Below are positions 1 to 14,180 of a stretch of 64,000 nt of DNA, piece by piece. The stretch spans positions 16,616,001 to 16,680,000 of the forward strand of contig OZ365116.1 in the NCBI GenBank assembly GCA_977030845.1. The letters run 5' to 3'. The notes beneath the pieces were generated by a model that saw only the letters and a list, made by a program, of their open reading frames with translations, had not been told where the DNA came from and did not search any database. How positions within the stretch are numbered: position 1 is the first letter of the stretch; each line of letters starts with the position of its first letter. The DNA comes from Fimbriosthenelais zetlandica (Eukaryota). A program made the translations under genes and the position numbers.

Positions 1-81
1 TATCAGGGACTATTGATATTGGCACTTCATTACAAACAAGTCCATGTACAGGATCACAATAGAAATATACAATGGGCTTAC

Positions 82-115
82 CTTGGCCAGCTATATAGGG
101 TTACATCTGCCTCTC
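82..115 (-). other. Candidate 34-nt exon of a neighbouring minus-strand transcript leaving the window to the left
   Basis: Minus strand reads ttttttccttctacAG|GAGAGGCAGATGTAACCCTATATAGCTGGCCAAG|GTAAGC, with strong acceptor and donor. Only one frame is open (x-EADVTLYSWP-x). No family recognised. Confidence 0.35.
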
Positions 116-3100
116 CTGTAGAAGGAAAAATATATTAAAATTGATTAACTCACGTCAACACTTTGCGTTAGAAGACTATTATTGACTTGTTCTATTTGTC
201 TTCGATAATCTTTTTGTCTATTAAATATATATTAAATATACATACGTAAAATATATAAGACAAACGTAACGAGGCATAATAAAATAGCCAATCCATATCC
301 ACTGACTGCCAAAAATGAACACACTGCCTAATGCCACTCCCCCAGTCCCCTGGAAATCTAATTTGAGGGCAATGTGTCTGACTACATCATTGTGACATTG
401 CTTCCTGGGAGAATCCATCCTATTCAAACACTGAAATAATTGTTACGACCTACCAGGCAAAGTCTGGGCTAAAAGCCAAATGTTGTATTCAAGGAATACT
501 TAAGCTTGGTAGGAGAACGCTTATTGATTGCGAAAAAAGCGTGCACAATACCCGAGCCACCCTATACTGGCCTGATTTTCTTCTAAGTGAATAGGCACTG
601 CATCTATCTGAACATTTCAAAGTCTGAAAGGACAAACTGGTTTTGCTTCTGAATGGAAGAATTGCCTTTTTATGGCTCTGGTGTCGGGCGGTCCAATCCG
701 CATGAGGGAGCACGGTTATGTGGATTTGTGGTGCAGACATGCCCGGAGGCAAAGTTATGCCTTCCTACAATTCCTCAGCTCTATTTCTCAAGATGCCCTG
801 TCTAGCTGAAGAATTCTTCATGCAAGAATGGGATTGTATTTTTTTTCTCTCAATAACTTACATGCCGCAGTAAAACAGTGAACTGTTTGGTATTCCATAC
901 ATGAAAGGACAAAAAGTGAAAGGCATTTTTCCTTTTCCCACTTTAAATAAAATATACATAGGATGAAGCATGAAATATAATGTGTGAGAGTGGCGGGAGG
1001 CCATGATTCCTGCCTGGAATCCATTCCTTGATTATGGAATGTTTTAGTGAAGAATGGCGGCCTAATTAGAGATGAAGGGTTGAGAGAGATTAAAATGCAG
1101 CCATGGCTGAGCCTCCACTGAGAGAAGCTTGTATGAAATAAGGAGATAAAGGGAGAGAGGATGGAGGAGATGGGTGAGAGATGAGAGAAGAGATGGAGAT
1201 GTACTCAGGTGGCCTTTTATAATCCAATAGCAAATAGAAACATCAACAACTTATAGCATTATTTAAGATTGATACTCAGTCACTGGTAATATGCACCCTC
1301 CCTAAGGTACCTCCAACCATTGTCAAGTGTTCAATAAGACAGGGAAAAAACACCTTTGAGATTATCTTAATTTATACATATACTAGTATCCTTATTCGCT
1401 TTTCTATACAGTTATCCTTTTAGCGCCTAACAGCATCACATAACCATATATCCCAAAGCAAAAGATCATTGCCTTTGGGGCATAGAAGTAAAGCTTTTAT
1501 GTATATATGGTTTATGGACTGGCTCGTTTATCCCTCATAAATGTGCCGGCTTCCGTACCTTTTTAACATGACCTCAGAGGAACCCATGTTTTTGATGGGG
1601 AGAAGGGGAAAGTACAGGTAGAAGCGAGAGATATAGATTAACCCTAAAACCCCTCCTTTCTGCTCCACATCCTACAAGCGACTGCTCGTGCTTGTACTTA
1701 ATGCCCAAGATCCACTACACACAATTCCCTGCGACATGCGGCAAATTTTTCCCATCTAATGATTTAAATGTTATTAGTGGATGCCTTAACATTGCATTAA
1801 CTCACTGCTAGAATTAGGTAGACATCGAGGGTGGAAATCTCATTGTCATATCATGGAAAGCTACTAATTGGGGACAGACCCTTAAGATGTCTGCTGTATC
1901 GACTGAAAACCAGGCTTCCTGCTCGCTGCACATAAAATACGGTATGTGGGAGGAACCCTGACTGTACAGCAAATCTTTAATTGAGGCGCATATATAATGG
2001 TATCACTGGTGAAGGGGTATGATACAGTACAGTAATAAAAGGGAACTACATATAATCTCTCAAATTATTGCATATGCTTAATGCAATGCGAGAGGGAGGA
2101 AATAATGGAAGATGGAGATTGGAGTTAGAAAGGGAATGAGAGGAAAGGAAAGAAAAAGAAATCTAGAGCTAGCAGGCGGAGGGATAGAACTGAAAGGAAT
2201 ACCATTTGCTTGACAATATCGTTTGCTCGCTTCATATTCCAATTGTCTACTCGTAAAGCATTCTCTGCTCGGAGCAGCTCGCTCCCTGCACAAAGTCGTG
2301 TATACATTTGTGTACATTAGTGTCAAATAGCCAGGGTGCTTTAAACCGTGGCTGGTAACCCCGCGGCTACAGAATGGCTGGAGTGACTGGAGGAGGGGAG
2401 TTTGGGGGGAAATATCATTCATACCTCCTAGTTTCTACGTCTCTAAAGTGACAGTAAGCTCATATGATGGATTCATAAATAATGTGATAAATGGAGAAAT
2501 GATTCCTCCAGATAGGAAAACCATGCCGTCTATGGATTTCCGGGGTAAAACTTTGCAGGTGACTGTAAAAACACTGATTATGGAGAGTTCGCTATATCCA
2601 GATCAATATCTATAGACAGATTTTTACCCTTATGAATATTCAGCTGTCTTAGGCCCTTATCTTTTACGCTATTTTACCTGTTTAATTTGACCGGTTAGCT
2701 CAGTTTGTTGAGAAGAGAGCAAGTCTACCAAATTTGGTACAATGCAGGGCAATCTTATCCAAAATTAGGTCAAAGCTATTTTGAGATTAGATGAGCTGTT
2801 TCCATGGTAATTATAGATGGAGGGGAAATGGATAGGCGTGATAAAAGGCTTTAATCTCACCAAATTGGTCCGAATCTCCCCATCACAACTCATCCTTTTC
2901 TTCCCATTGGAAATTGCTTTCCTTTTTTGCGTCTGTTGGTGGGAGGAGGGGGGTGGTACGTGATGGTGATGGGGGGTGGAGATTTTCAGTTAGCTTTAGT
3001 TTTAAGCATGCATGCATGATGAATTCTGGGTCTCAAAGGGTGTAGGTAGTGTATAACAGTCTACTGTTAACCCCTTCTTTACCAAGCTAACCCCCAGCCA

Positions 3101-6100
3101 GCCTCCCCCTTACCTCCCGCCCCATTCCCACATCTGCTGGTATAGGGTAATCTATGGGGTGAAGTGATGGATACTGGTTCTAATTGAGAAGCCGGGGGTA
3201 TAGTGAATAATGCAGCCCGGACCTCTGTCCCCAGTCAGTGCCCGCCCCTTACATACCATACATCCCCGGGGGCTTGTCTCACAATATACTCTAAATACTC
3301 ACACAATCCCCCCTTGCAATATTCCTAGCTATAGGGGGAGATTTAAGCCCCAAATTGATACCAAATCCATTCAAATCTGACTCGAGCATTGTAAATATTT
3401 TAAAATATATCCTACGCTCCGGCCCCACACCAATTTATATTCATTACTCTGTGTCCAATATCAGGCTCTGAGAGACCAGTACTAGTAAGATCAGCTGAAA
3501 TACCACCAGTGAGATCCATGCATGATCAGACCCAATCAGATGTAAAGAAACGCTGAACTGGGGGCACGAAAACCTGTTAAAAACGGCAAATTGGTCAGTG
3601 GATGTAGCATAGTGTGTGTTTTCTAACTGTGAATTGACTCTTCCTGCTACTCCTGTTCCTCAACTTCTCCCACTCCTCTCCTTATTCCTGCACATCACAT
3701 CTTGCTGTGCTCTAATCTGCACCAGTACCCTGGAGGCCATTTTCCAGTGCCTGAAAAGCGCCCCCGTTGAATTCTGCGGCATGCGTGTTTACGCCAGCGA
3801 GATGTCCCAAGTTAACCAGTGTTAATAGCATCACCGACCAGCGGGAAAATGCAGCCAGTCATAGGACCCCAGGGAGGCGAGGCGCATGTCCTAACTTTCC
3901 ACATGGCAAGGGATACAATTATCCTGTCTCACAATCTAAAAGGCACCATCTATGAAGCTCGGCATCCATTGACATCTTTCTTAAGGTTGTCTTAAGGGAA
4001 CTGTCGGAGATCTTACGTGTAGATTTAGAGATATCAGTAAGCGACGTGAATCATGATTTAATCAGAGTAACGGACGGGAAGTGATAGCGTGCGTCATAAA
4101 TCGTGTGAGATAGATTGGACACACTTCTTGTTAATTATAAACACATAATTTCTATTCCATGAATCAACCATGAAAAATGAAGTCCATATAGGAAGACCAT
4201 ATTTCAACTTCATTGCCAGAAACAAATAGCCGCACCACAGGTCTAATACATCATGTTTCCCAAAATAGTAAAATATATTATTTACCCCAGCAGTGTCCTA
4301 AAGCACCCGGGGCCCTTGTTACACATTCTCGCTGCCCCCTGCCCCCTGTTTCCCCATTTGTATGTGATACGATCAGCTCATTTGTAAGCTACGACCCTAT
4401 TGGATGGCCGTAATATGTAAGGTTGATTCTCCTTGGTGTTCAGTCCACGTTGGCTGGTCGCGCCCCCTGGCCACACTCCATTACTGTGTATAGTAAGCCC
4501 GCTCCTCCCCCAATCACACTATCATAGATCAGCTCTACCCAGTCTCTATACTCCCAGTCCTTATCTTACCCTCAAATCGCAGGTTTTAAAAGTCTAAGAC
4601 AGGCATTACGACTGCCCTTACAACAGATTTAAAAGATCTTTCAGGGAATTTCATATCAACTGAGGAATGCCTTCCAATGAGTGCTGTTTTGAGGCAGATG
4701 CTGAGGTTGTAATGCTGGTAGATCTGGCCAGAAAAGACTTGGTCAGGCTGAAGTTGACGAAGGAGGTCATCAAGATGAATATTGTTTCCTCATTTTAACA
4801 TTTTCTCTTTATCAATTGTTGAGAGAGTCTGGTGAGGTAATAAGCATGAAGAATAAAGCACAGGTTATCACTGGTTTCCAGCTTGCTTTCTCCACCACTC
4901 ATTAAATCAAGACCGCACCAAGACCGGATATGTATGGTCTTTGATACACCTGACCTTACTCTGGTGGGCCAGGTCCAGCCAAGCTTTCAAAGCCTGGCCC
5001 AGTCCCCGTCTGCCATTGATAAGTGCGATTCACTTCCGTGCACGTTCTCCCCGATTCCTTCTCCTCCCGAGTTCTGTGTAATTGCGGCCTGGTCTGAATG
5101 CGAATTGCCACTTGCCCAGCGACTAATGGATATTGCGGGACGCAGCCATGGGTTCTTCTTCACCGTGAGCCTTGAATCAATCCAGAAAGGCAGCCACAAA
5201 CTTACAAGAAGGCATATAGCCAGAGCAATGCATCCTTCCTCAGCAATTACCACAATGGCTTCCTCACAGTCATTAGTATGCTTTTTATACTCTAGAAAAT
5301 CCAACCAGCAGAGGATGAAGGCAGAGCGATGGTGCTTCAGAGAATAATGGCTTTCACCCATTGACTTGTGCTGGAGAGTGATTGTCTGGAGGGACCTCCG
5401 GTGGTGATTAACAATGGGGGACAGAGCAGCATTATTGTAAACTAGTCATAATTCACAGCTGCTTCACAACAACCAGTCTGAGGGGGTAGATCTACTGAGG
5501 TCTACTCATACAACAGCTGCTACGACAGCTCCTTAAAAAACTTTCTATCACGGGGGTCTTAAATGTCGCTCCACTAAAGTTGAAAAAAGTCTCAGTGGAT
5601 TTAGCCAATAATGCTATCCATCTGTGAGGTCCTAAGTGGATAAAGTTCAGTACAAAAGCTAAGAGTTCTGTATAATGTACATGAGCCTTTATGAGATTGG
5701 TGTATATCACTGTTCATTAAAGGCTAAGGTAAAGTAAGGAGTAATTGTATGCGTGTACGATCGATAGAGCAGTAATCATATGATGGTATTAGGCCGGGTA
5801 ATCATTGATTGGTCACAGTACAATATGTGTAAGATTCTGCCATGACAATCCTTACAGTGTATGACCACCTGACTGTATATCCTGACTTGAGATAATCCCC
5901 ACCCCGTATCCCCCCATATCCCGGGATATACCCCATGGTTATAGTGTGAGACCTCAAGCCCCATTTCCCGTCAGTATGATAGTAAGTTGCTACCTATACA
6001 ACATGGGGAAATGCCCAACCTTGCACCTTCTTATCCCGTAGTTATAGTGTATTTTATAACCACATTGTTATAGCCGCTGGCCAAGGTTGTTAGTGTTCTT

Positions 6101-7231
6101 TATTGCACCCCCACTAATCAAGAAACCAAATGAACCGGTTTAGGGATGTATTGATCTTTCGCCGTGCCTCCCTCACATGGTAACATGCAATCAATGAGGA
6201 GGGGGACACGACACGTATCAAAGGCAAGGCTTCGCCAAGCGACAACTTGCCAATCATCCATGGCTAGTGAAGCCATGATTACCGCTCCTACACATGGATT
6301 AGATGCCCGGCCGGCAACATCCGCAGCACGCGATTATCTCATGGATTTAACGATAATCCGTCTATAGTATCTGATGTGTTGATTATCACAGATAAGCTTC
6401 CATAGTTTGGACGGAATTTGCTTGCTTGAAGCATGCAAGGCAACTGCCTGATTTCAATGAATTTTTGGTTTCAACCGAAGCCTCCACTCCTTTATTTTCC
6501 ATGGCTTGGACTTAAATCGATGGAAAAGACAAGGAGGGTCTGTTTTGGGAAATCGGAGTGCTGGGGGAATAAGACCAATGACAGATGCGGAAATCTGTTG
6601 TTTCATTCTCTCGCCTCTCACAGTGGGTCTAAAACCAGGAAGAAGGGTTTATTTGAAACATTTTCTCACTTTTTAATGACATTTCTCTCAGTTCTTGTCA
6701 GAGAGCAAGTGGAGATAAAACCAAGAGGAAGCACAGCAACAAAGACTGGCAGGTGAACCTGTTAACGTCTCCTGCCATCAGGAAAATAAAGCCGTCAATT
6801 TGTAGAAGGGATTTATGGATTTAGATTTCAGCCTTGATCTTTCATTTTCATTCAGATCACGTCGTTTTGGCCAAGACTCCTGATGGCAAGGCTCGACATC
6901 TATGAACATATAATACTTGATGTTGTACTATACAAGTCATGTATAGTCCAGAATGACCCTGCTTTAGCTTATAATTTAGCTTATACTGTATCAGCAATGA
7001 GTTCTGGTCACAAATGTCAGTATATTTCCATTGATAAACATTGAGGCAGTCTAGCAGAGTGAGGTACATTGGACAGCTGATATCCTGCTATGTAGTGTGA
7101 AGACCATTTTCGTCCAATCCAAGATAACCACCGAATGTCTCCATTCGATATGCATTATGCAGATATTCCTCTACACCCAAATGGTGAACAAATCTGCTTG
7201 CAATGTCGAATTTATCCTCTCCCTAACTGCC

Positions 7232-7270
7232 CTGGGGGCTGTTTCATAATTGATGTTATGAAAAACAGGC
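7232..7270. mobile_element. Internally deleted MITE remnant (both terminal repeats, ~6-nt spacer)
   Basis: CTGGGGGCTGTTTCATAA followed by TTATGAAAAACAGGC (imperfect reverse complement). Same terminus as copies at 8507, 34961, 47054 and 55701. Confidence 0.5.
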
Positions 7271-8506
7271 TTAGGGCATGTCTGCTCGGCAGAACTCATG
7301 AAAGGTCAATTCATTTCTCATTTCCAAGGTCTAAATGAAGCTGCCTGAATTGGTGATACCAGAAGTAATTTAGTTTGCAAATGAGAATTGACCCTATTCT
7401 CTTTACATTTTATTATGATACAGACCCCCTTGGTCTGAGTCCACAGAAAATCCTGGCGATTAATTTATATTCATGAAATAAAGCAAGTGGATATTGGAAT
7501 GGTAAAAACGGTGGAGGGGTCAGTGTGGTAGGCAGGGAGCACGGCCGGTGTGTTGTATGGGCTGACTATATGCCTCAGTTGGCTATATCTACTGATAAAC
7601 ACGTCATATGTCAGTGATAGGGTTTGTCTATATTGCTTACCACAACTATCACATGCCTTCAACATTACCGGCCATGGCAAGTATCGCTGCTTGGACATAT
7701 ACAAGCCTGATGAATGTTCTTGCTAGTATTTGAAAGGCTAGTATGTTTCAACTCAGAACTTCCGAGACGGAATGAACTGTTTTTAGCTTTAAATTTGACC
7801 TGTTTGGAGGCACTTGAATGACTTGTAATTGCCATGTTCTGTTGAGGTCTGATTTAGCCCGGTGTTTAACCACCTTAACCCCACTATTCTGCCCATTGTG
7901 GATGTACAAACACAGGAGAACAAGCTGACAACCAGAAAACAACCAACAAACACGACCATAGCCTGTCCCAGACAGGGGAAGGGCATTAGCTGAGATGTTT
8001 AAAGCGGCACTTCATTCAGGGGTTTGCCAGCCTCAGGTTTAACATGCAAACAGTCCAGGCCTGGTGTCACTGCCAGCATGTCAGGTATATGATAATGCCT
8101 TCTACCACATGGACATGCCGATTACATCAGTTGCACAACTGGCAACTTATAAATGCACATAGATAGAGACCTACCAGGCCATGTGTTCCAGATTGCGTAA
8201 AATTCCAACATGAACAAAATGGCGATGAACAAACTGATATGCAAATATAATATTGCCAGAACTTCATTTATATAATGCCCCAGTGCCCGGTTCTATCATA
8301 CCATAGACCTCTACTTAGATTATTATGCTCTGGTATTCACGTAGCTTAGATAATGCACTAAGTATAAGCCGAGAGATGAAATCCAGGCCTTGCTGGGACG
8401 CTATGTACCAACCATTATGAGTCCCTCGCCGATGGACGCCAACGTTGATTCATAGCCAAGAGGTTAGGATCATTCAAAGTGCTGGTACCAGTATATGATT
8501 GCATAA

Positions 8507-8789
8507 GGGTCTGTTTCATAATATTATGAGGTGAAATTAGGCGAAAGATATGAGCTTAGAGGGGCTTAGGAGATCCAGCAGTATAATGGGATCTCATGAC
8601 ACTAAAACAATCTATACCTTAAGACCTTTGAACCCCAACGGGAGAGCGGTCTTAAGGACACTCTTTCACTCTTAAGATCAAATTTGATCTATCCAATTGC
8701 ACCATTTATAACACCCGGTGCAAATAACAGCCCAATATTTTGAGCTGGGCCAAAATGCTTGCGGCTTATTTTTTGAAACAAACCCCAGG
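8507..8789. mobile_element. MITE with GGG(G)CTGTTTCATAA-like TIRs (~280 bp)
   Basis: Left GGGTCTGTTTCATAA, right TTTTGAAACAAACCC followed by CAG. Internal (GT)CTTAAG motifs recur. Non-coding. Confidence 0.55.
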
Positions 8790-9077
8790 TTTATGTGGCA
8801 GTATATATAGAGGTAATTGCTCTGCTAGACCAACTAAACAATGTCTGCATTGTGTCACTTGTGATGGAACTAGTAAATAGGGGCAGGTGCAGACCACCCC
8901 TACATCCATAGAATATATCCCCTTCTATATTTAAACAAAAAAAGATTTTAAAATTGATATTTTTATGGGTGGTAGCATGCTATGAAGAAGACAGAGTGGT
9001 TGTAACAAGAATAGCGCATTCTACTCACGATGGAGCTAGTATAGACCTACACGTCTGTATAGCAGGGTACAGCTTGT

Positions 9078-9108
9078 AAAGCCAGTGAAAGCCAGTGAAA
9101 GCCCAGTG
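9078..9108. repeat. 10-nt tandem repeat AAAGCCAGTG x3
   Basis: Directly visible; the third copy has an extra C. Confidence 0.85.
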
Positions 9109-10299
9109 TACAACTGTCCTGAAAAATGTACCTCTAAACCAATGTAATTTGTGCTGAGTAAGGGAGACTCTGCTCCCACTTTAAATTCAGTATAGCCGCC
9201 ACAATTAGGTCACTCACCAATTCCTGCTTCTCTCCGATTAAATTCCCCTGGTCAGGTGCAGGAGGTACTGGCCAGAGTACGGCAAGCCAGCAGGGAATAG
9301 AATTTATTCTGACACATGTATGGAATCTCTATTTTTATGCAACTCATGCATTTCTGACTATATATTATGTAAAAGGTCATCAAAGGCCAAAAAAACGTCT
9401 GAGGTCCAGAGTGTCATAAAACTATGATTTTTTTTGCTAAATTTCTTTTTATTCTATTTTGTTTGTATATTTTCCCCTAATCATGACCCAATAGTCAATA
9501 TATTGCCACTTTATATTCTGCTATTTTACACATTTCTGACACTGCATCTGGTATTTTAACGTGGAGCTTGGTGGGAAATCTGGGTCAACATGTCTTGCTC
9601 TAGAACAGGGCCATCCTGCAGAATGAGGAGCAAGCATGCAAGTAGGTTGGACAAATTGAGCAGCTCATAACCTTATTATCCTCTAAGTACTGCCTTATTT
9701 AAGCCCTTTACTAGACGTAACTCACAGAGAACACTTGACTGCTCTCTTGCCTTTGGTTATTTTGGCCTTCAAAGGCTGAACCTGAGAGCCATTATTGCAG
9801 CGAAATGGCTGAAATGGCAGGACATTGACTTCCGATGGCAAACATATAACAACAATATTTTCCACTACTTTGAAGCCAGAAATAAGTCCATTGTACTGTT
9901 CCTACATGGTTGCTTCTCAATATTCCATTTCAGGACTTGGGGAAATCATTATAGGATAATTTGGTCCATAATATCATGTAATTTGGTTCCAAGAACAGAA
10001 TTCCAGTGAAGCAGCATGAGGTGTGGTTATATAGGGATAAAGATAATCATGGGTAGGCCATGCAGCCGTCAGGTCAAAATAATAGCTGAGAGGCATACCT
10101 GGTAGGTAAAAGGTCACATACTGTCTTGTGGTTCAAGGGCTCTCGTAGAGTCTAATCATAAGATAACACTAGTAATCTTTATAAACTTTTCATTGGGAAT
10201 TTCTTAAGGTCCTCTTATCATTTCAAGATATTTCTGCTATGGTATATATAGCATTTTACTTCTACCCTTTGTCACCTTCGTGTCTGACTCCATGAATTA

Positions 10300-10800
10300 G
10301 CCACAATAGCATTGCAGCAGGCCTGCCTTCTCAGGGACGCTGAACTGCTAAAGGGTTTGTACACGCCAGTGTCAGAGGGGGAGCCTGGGGGCATTTTCCA
10401 CCATGTTGGACCCACTGTTATTGGAGTTTGGCCAGCCAAGGGACCTAAGGATAATACCCGGCAGGCGCCCTGGGTGTGAGGGAAGCACGAAATCAACACT
10501 GACGTTTAAAGGGGCAGCCTGCAGTACTTGACCCTGGGGTGGCCAGTTGTTAAGGGAGCTGCCGCCAGGTTGGGCTGGCGTGTGAGTGGAGTTCACTGAC
10601 CCTGGTGGACTTAGTGTGTGAATAGAATCCAGTCACCTCAAGTAAGGACACGAGAGAATAAATATTCTGTCTACTACCTAAGACCACATACCCACTGAGG
10701 CCTTGGTTATCTCCAGGATTGAACCACCTTCTGATCCTGAGAAACCCTGAACCCCTGCATGACTGAGTTGATGATCTAACCAACTGAGCTAAGTAACCTT
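10300..10800 (-). mobile_element. Decayed tRNA-derived SINE with CORE/Meta-like central domain
   Basis: Minus strand has an A-box TAGCTCAGTTGGTTAGA (10775-10791) and a B-box GGTTCAATCC (10716-10725). A central GTGTCCTT...CTAAGTCCACCAGGG (10600-10651) resembles the conserved central domain of invertebrate SINEs. It does not fold as an intact tRNA. The 3' boundary is approximate. Confidence 0.6.
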
Positions 10801-11086
10801 GCCGGGATGGGTCTTCTGTTCCATTTGGCCTCCTATTGATTGTTAAAGAACATTCCCATCTGCCACCTTATCACAGGAACATCAAAGACCTATTTCTCAA
10901 AGCACTTGCCTGGTTTTATGAGCACAGATTGTGTTCATTGCTGCGGAAACAGATAGCAACCAACATTTTATGGCTTCTATCGGGGAGATGATACATCACG
11001 GCAGCAGCCCCCACCAAATGTACATCCATATCTCTCCATGCATATTTATATACATGTATATTTATCACATACAAATTGGATGCTAG

Positions 11087-11098
11087 CAAGATGGCGGC
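11087..11098 (+). promoter_or_regulatory. YY1/Pho consensus motif
   Basis: CAAGATGGCGGC exact match; a second (AACATGGCGGC, minus strand) lies at 63988-63998. Such motifs also occur inside transposon relics. Confidence 0.3.
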
Positions 11099-11531
11099 CA
11101 ATTGATGCCAGGATGTACAGTGGAAGGGCTGTCAGTTCAGATGGTTCAAGCACCAGCTCTGTCAGAGCTTCCCCAGGTCTCAAACCCGAGCTTTCATTTT
11201 TTTCATTCCTTGCCATATGTCAGTAAAGACACATACTAATTTGACATTATAATAACCCTTGGGAGAAGATCAGAGCTATGTCTGTGAACTGGCTTACACC
11301 TAAAGACCTAGGCCAACTCAAGTTTTTTACAAAAAGCTAGGCAAGGCATCTGCTGGGAACTGCTGGTTGGCAGTATTTCTAACTCGCTCAACTTACTATT
11401 TGCCAGGGAATTATGGGCGATCATAATGAGAAGCTGGGATGTGGAAGGGTTTCCATAACTGGCCCTGCCCTGTCACTACCACTTTCCTCCTTCATCACTT
11501 AGACATCACATTATCTTCACCTGGTCAACCA

Positions 11532-11545
11532 GTTACCATGGAGAC
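11532..11545. promoter_or_regulatory. RFX X-box-like motif
   Basis: GTTACCATGGAGAC fits the degenerate RTHNYYWTRRNRAC consensus. Confidence 0.35.
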
Positions 11546-14180
11546 TGTTAAACGCTCCGCCTTAGAGCATGGTGTGAGAATGTCGGTGCGGCTTCCACAG
11601 GGAGTGAGTTCACGGACCTCACAATGGATCTAACCATGCAGTTATTGAAAAATAACTTGAGGGACCAGTCATCGAGGCAGTCTCTAGTCACAAGTGAGAT
11701 GGCTTCCATATTTCATATCACTAGAATGGTCTCAGGGTGAACTTTAGCACCAACCTCTCTTAACTTTAAGTCACTTTTGTGGTATTCTCATTCCCTGTAG
11801 GGATTTAGTATTGAGTTAGGCTTTTAGTGCCCTAGGAAAGTCATCTAATATTTTTGTTCCAATTCTGGTGATGCTTTAACTTATGGTTTCCTGATGTGGG
11901 CTCATTCTACATGCCTTGTATATGTATCTGAGATTTGACATGTAAGATACAGTGAGTTATAGATTTAAACATGTCTGGGTAGCCATCAGTCATTTTGGCA
12001 CCAGAGACTCCACCCATCTTGTTTTCTCATGAGTAGGTACATTTGGCTGGCCTTGTACCACTGCCACCCGTACAGCCGTCATCGCTCCTCCTGGTCATGT
12101 TGCCCATTAGTTGCGGTCACTGCCCTTTGACGGGTTGGGAAAGCTCGCCAGATGAGCCTAGCAAGTCTGAGCGCCTCCAGCTTCAATCAAGAGCTGCTCA
12201 CTGCTGCAGGCCTGAGTCAGGCAACAATTGGAACTCAATATTCTCTATTGGATTTATAAATTGAAATGTGTCATTAGCATCTTAATTTCTGTCCGGATAC
12301 TTCAGATTCCTATGACATTTCCCTTGTTTTGTACCTGGATTATGATTGTGACTATAGCATGATTATAGGTTATGTAAACACAATAATACCAACAGACAGT
12401 CACACTTTATCTCCATGGAATTGACTTTGAAGTGCATTGTAAACAAGCAGAGTGACTTTGAAGTAAATATTCATGAATGTTTCCCACTGGGATTCCTAAT
12501 GGCAATAAAAGCCTTCGAGGTCATTACCGCTGAGCCAACATGTATAAATGATTCATGTGAGGGTGAACAAATGTTGACAATATATTACATAACTGATGTA
12601 CGCTTCAATCTCCATATCACAGAGCTGCAGGGGGTCATCAATAAAGCCACCTTCTGTGCATTATGCTCGCTCCACTAGAACTAAAGGATACTAATAGATA
12701 TACTGGGGTATTAAATGGCCCTTACATCCTTACAACATAGTTGAAGGTCATACAATTATATTCACTGAGCCCTGCGCTAAGAAGTGACCTCACACAACCA
12801 CAACTGTGCAAATATCAGAAGGTCATTTGGTTGGTGAGCAAATAATTCGAGCTTTGCTTTGTGGGCGAGTGGTTTTGTGATGAAATTTGAGGCCAGTGGG
12901 ATTGGTCAACAGAGATTCATTCCCTGTGGGTTGGTGAGAGAAGAAATGTTGGCTTCTTTAAGGAGTGAGTGGCCTATCAGGGGAAGCAGGCTTGCAGGGG
13001 GTGGAAATGCGCTATAATTCATCCCCTATACACAGCCACCCACTGTCCCTTACTCTACCTCCCCAGTTATAGCGATGACCAGAGATCAATTAATACAACT
13101 GCTGTGAATGATAATTAATGGTGGGTTTGGACAAGGAGGCAGTGCTGAGGTTGGGAGATAGCAATGCTTGTTGAGCTGGTCTACAAGCTGGGGTTGTGTG
13201 TAAATAAAGCTTACACATGCTTGACCATGGACATGAGTTAAAGGGGCAGTGGTATAGACGGTATATCAAATTGATGCATTGATACAATACAAAAAAGAGA
13301 TATGCAACTTAATTTCAACTATACAAAAAATCGATAACTAAATAACTGTTCTAAGCCTTTACATTGTTCTGGCAAGGGAACTAGGTAGGAAATCCTCCCA
13401 GGCAACAATTTGAGCCGTTGTCCTTGAATTTGCATATTCATATATATCATGACCACAACTATATGTAAATTTTTCCGGGTTTGGGAGAAACCTGATGTTA
13501 CCCCAAGGAATATATACATCCAAAGTAATGGGAAGGATTCCTGGTCAAATCTGGGGCATTAACTTCCTTTGGGATTGAATAAACATAGGACATTTGAAAC
13601 GGTTTCGCCGACAGAGGCGATGCATAACTCTGGTAAAATGGTAATGTTAGAAATCCCATTGGACCCGAATGACCTGTACACCATAAAAATGCCTGAAAAT
13701 TCACGGTCAGACAAAATAGAACTGCATCAATGGGTTGGTGCATGTTGGTGAAATTTTTCGCTGAAATGGGCCCTGGGTCTGGGAGCTTTGGTAAGATCTC
13801 CCAAAACAGCAACCAAACCTGAGCTACTGGCAATACGGAGCATGGAAAGGTTTCATCCAATATTCTCAAGGGGTCATTGTGCAACTCAATAGTGTCAGCG
13901 GATGTACAGAAAAAAACCATTTTTTGTGGACTATTTGTTTAGACCTCTAACTTCCATACAAAAGCAATCAGAGAGCGGTCAAGGCGAGCAGAGTTATGCC
14001 TCGATCGATGACAACTTCCTATTATCACCCTCTCTCCACTCACTCATCCTCTTTTTTCCAGTCTATTCTAGGCAGAGGAAGGATATTTTTAACCCATCAC
14101 GTTCACTGCGGATGCCTCTCCCCCACCCGTCTCTCACCTCGGGCAAAATAAAACCATCAATGGGAAAGTAATCTCTCACT

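Noticed and set aside
8321-8344. Similarity to mature miR-1993 (TATTATGCT...TATTCACG)
   Set aside because: Needs a 2-nt insertion and there is no complementary arm to form a precursor hairpin. Partial matches to miR-71 (about 37527) and miR-281 (about 32186) also lack hairpins.
9600-9950. LINE reverse-transcriptase relic (IRQYLEDNKVMS on minus strand)
   Set aside because: A single short resemblance with wrong spacing to neighbouring motifs and no YADD or QGS motif.
10700-10800. Functional tRNA gene
   Set aside because: A and B boxes are present, but there is no acceptor stem or cloverleaf and the sequence continues into a SINE-like central domain.
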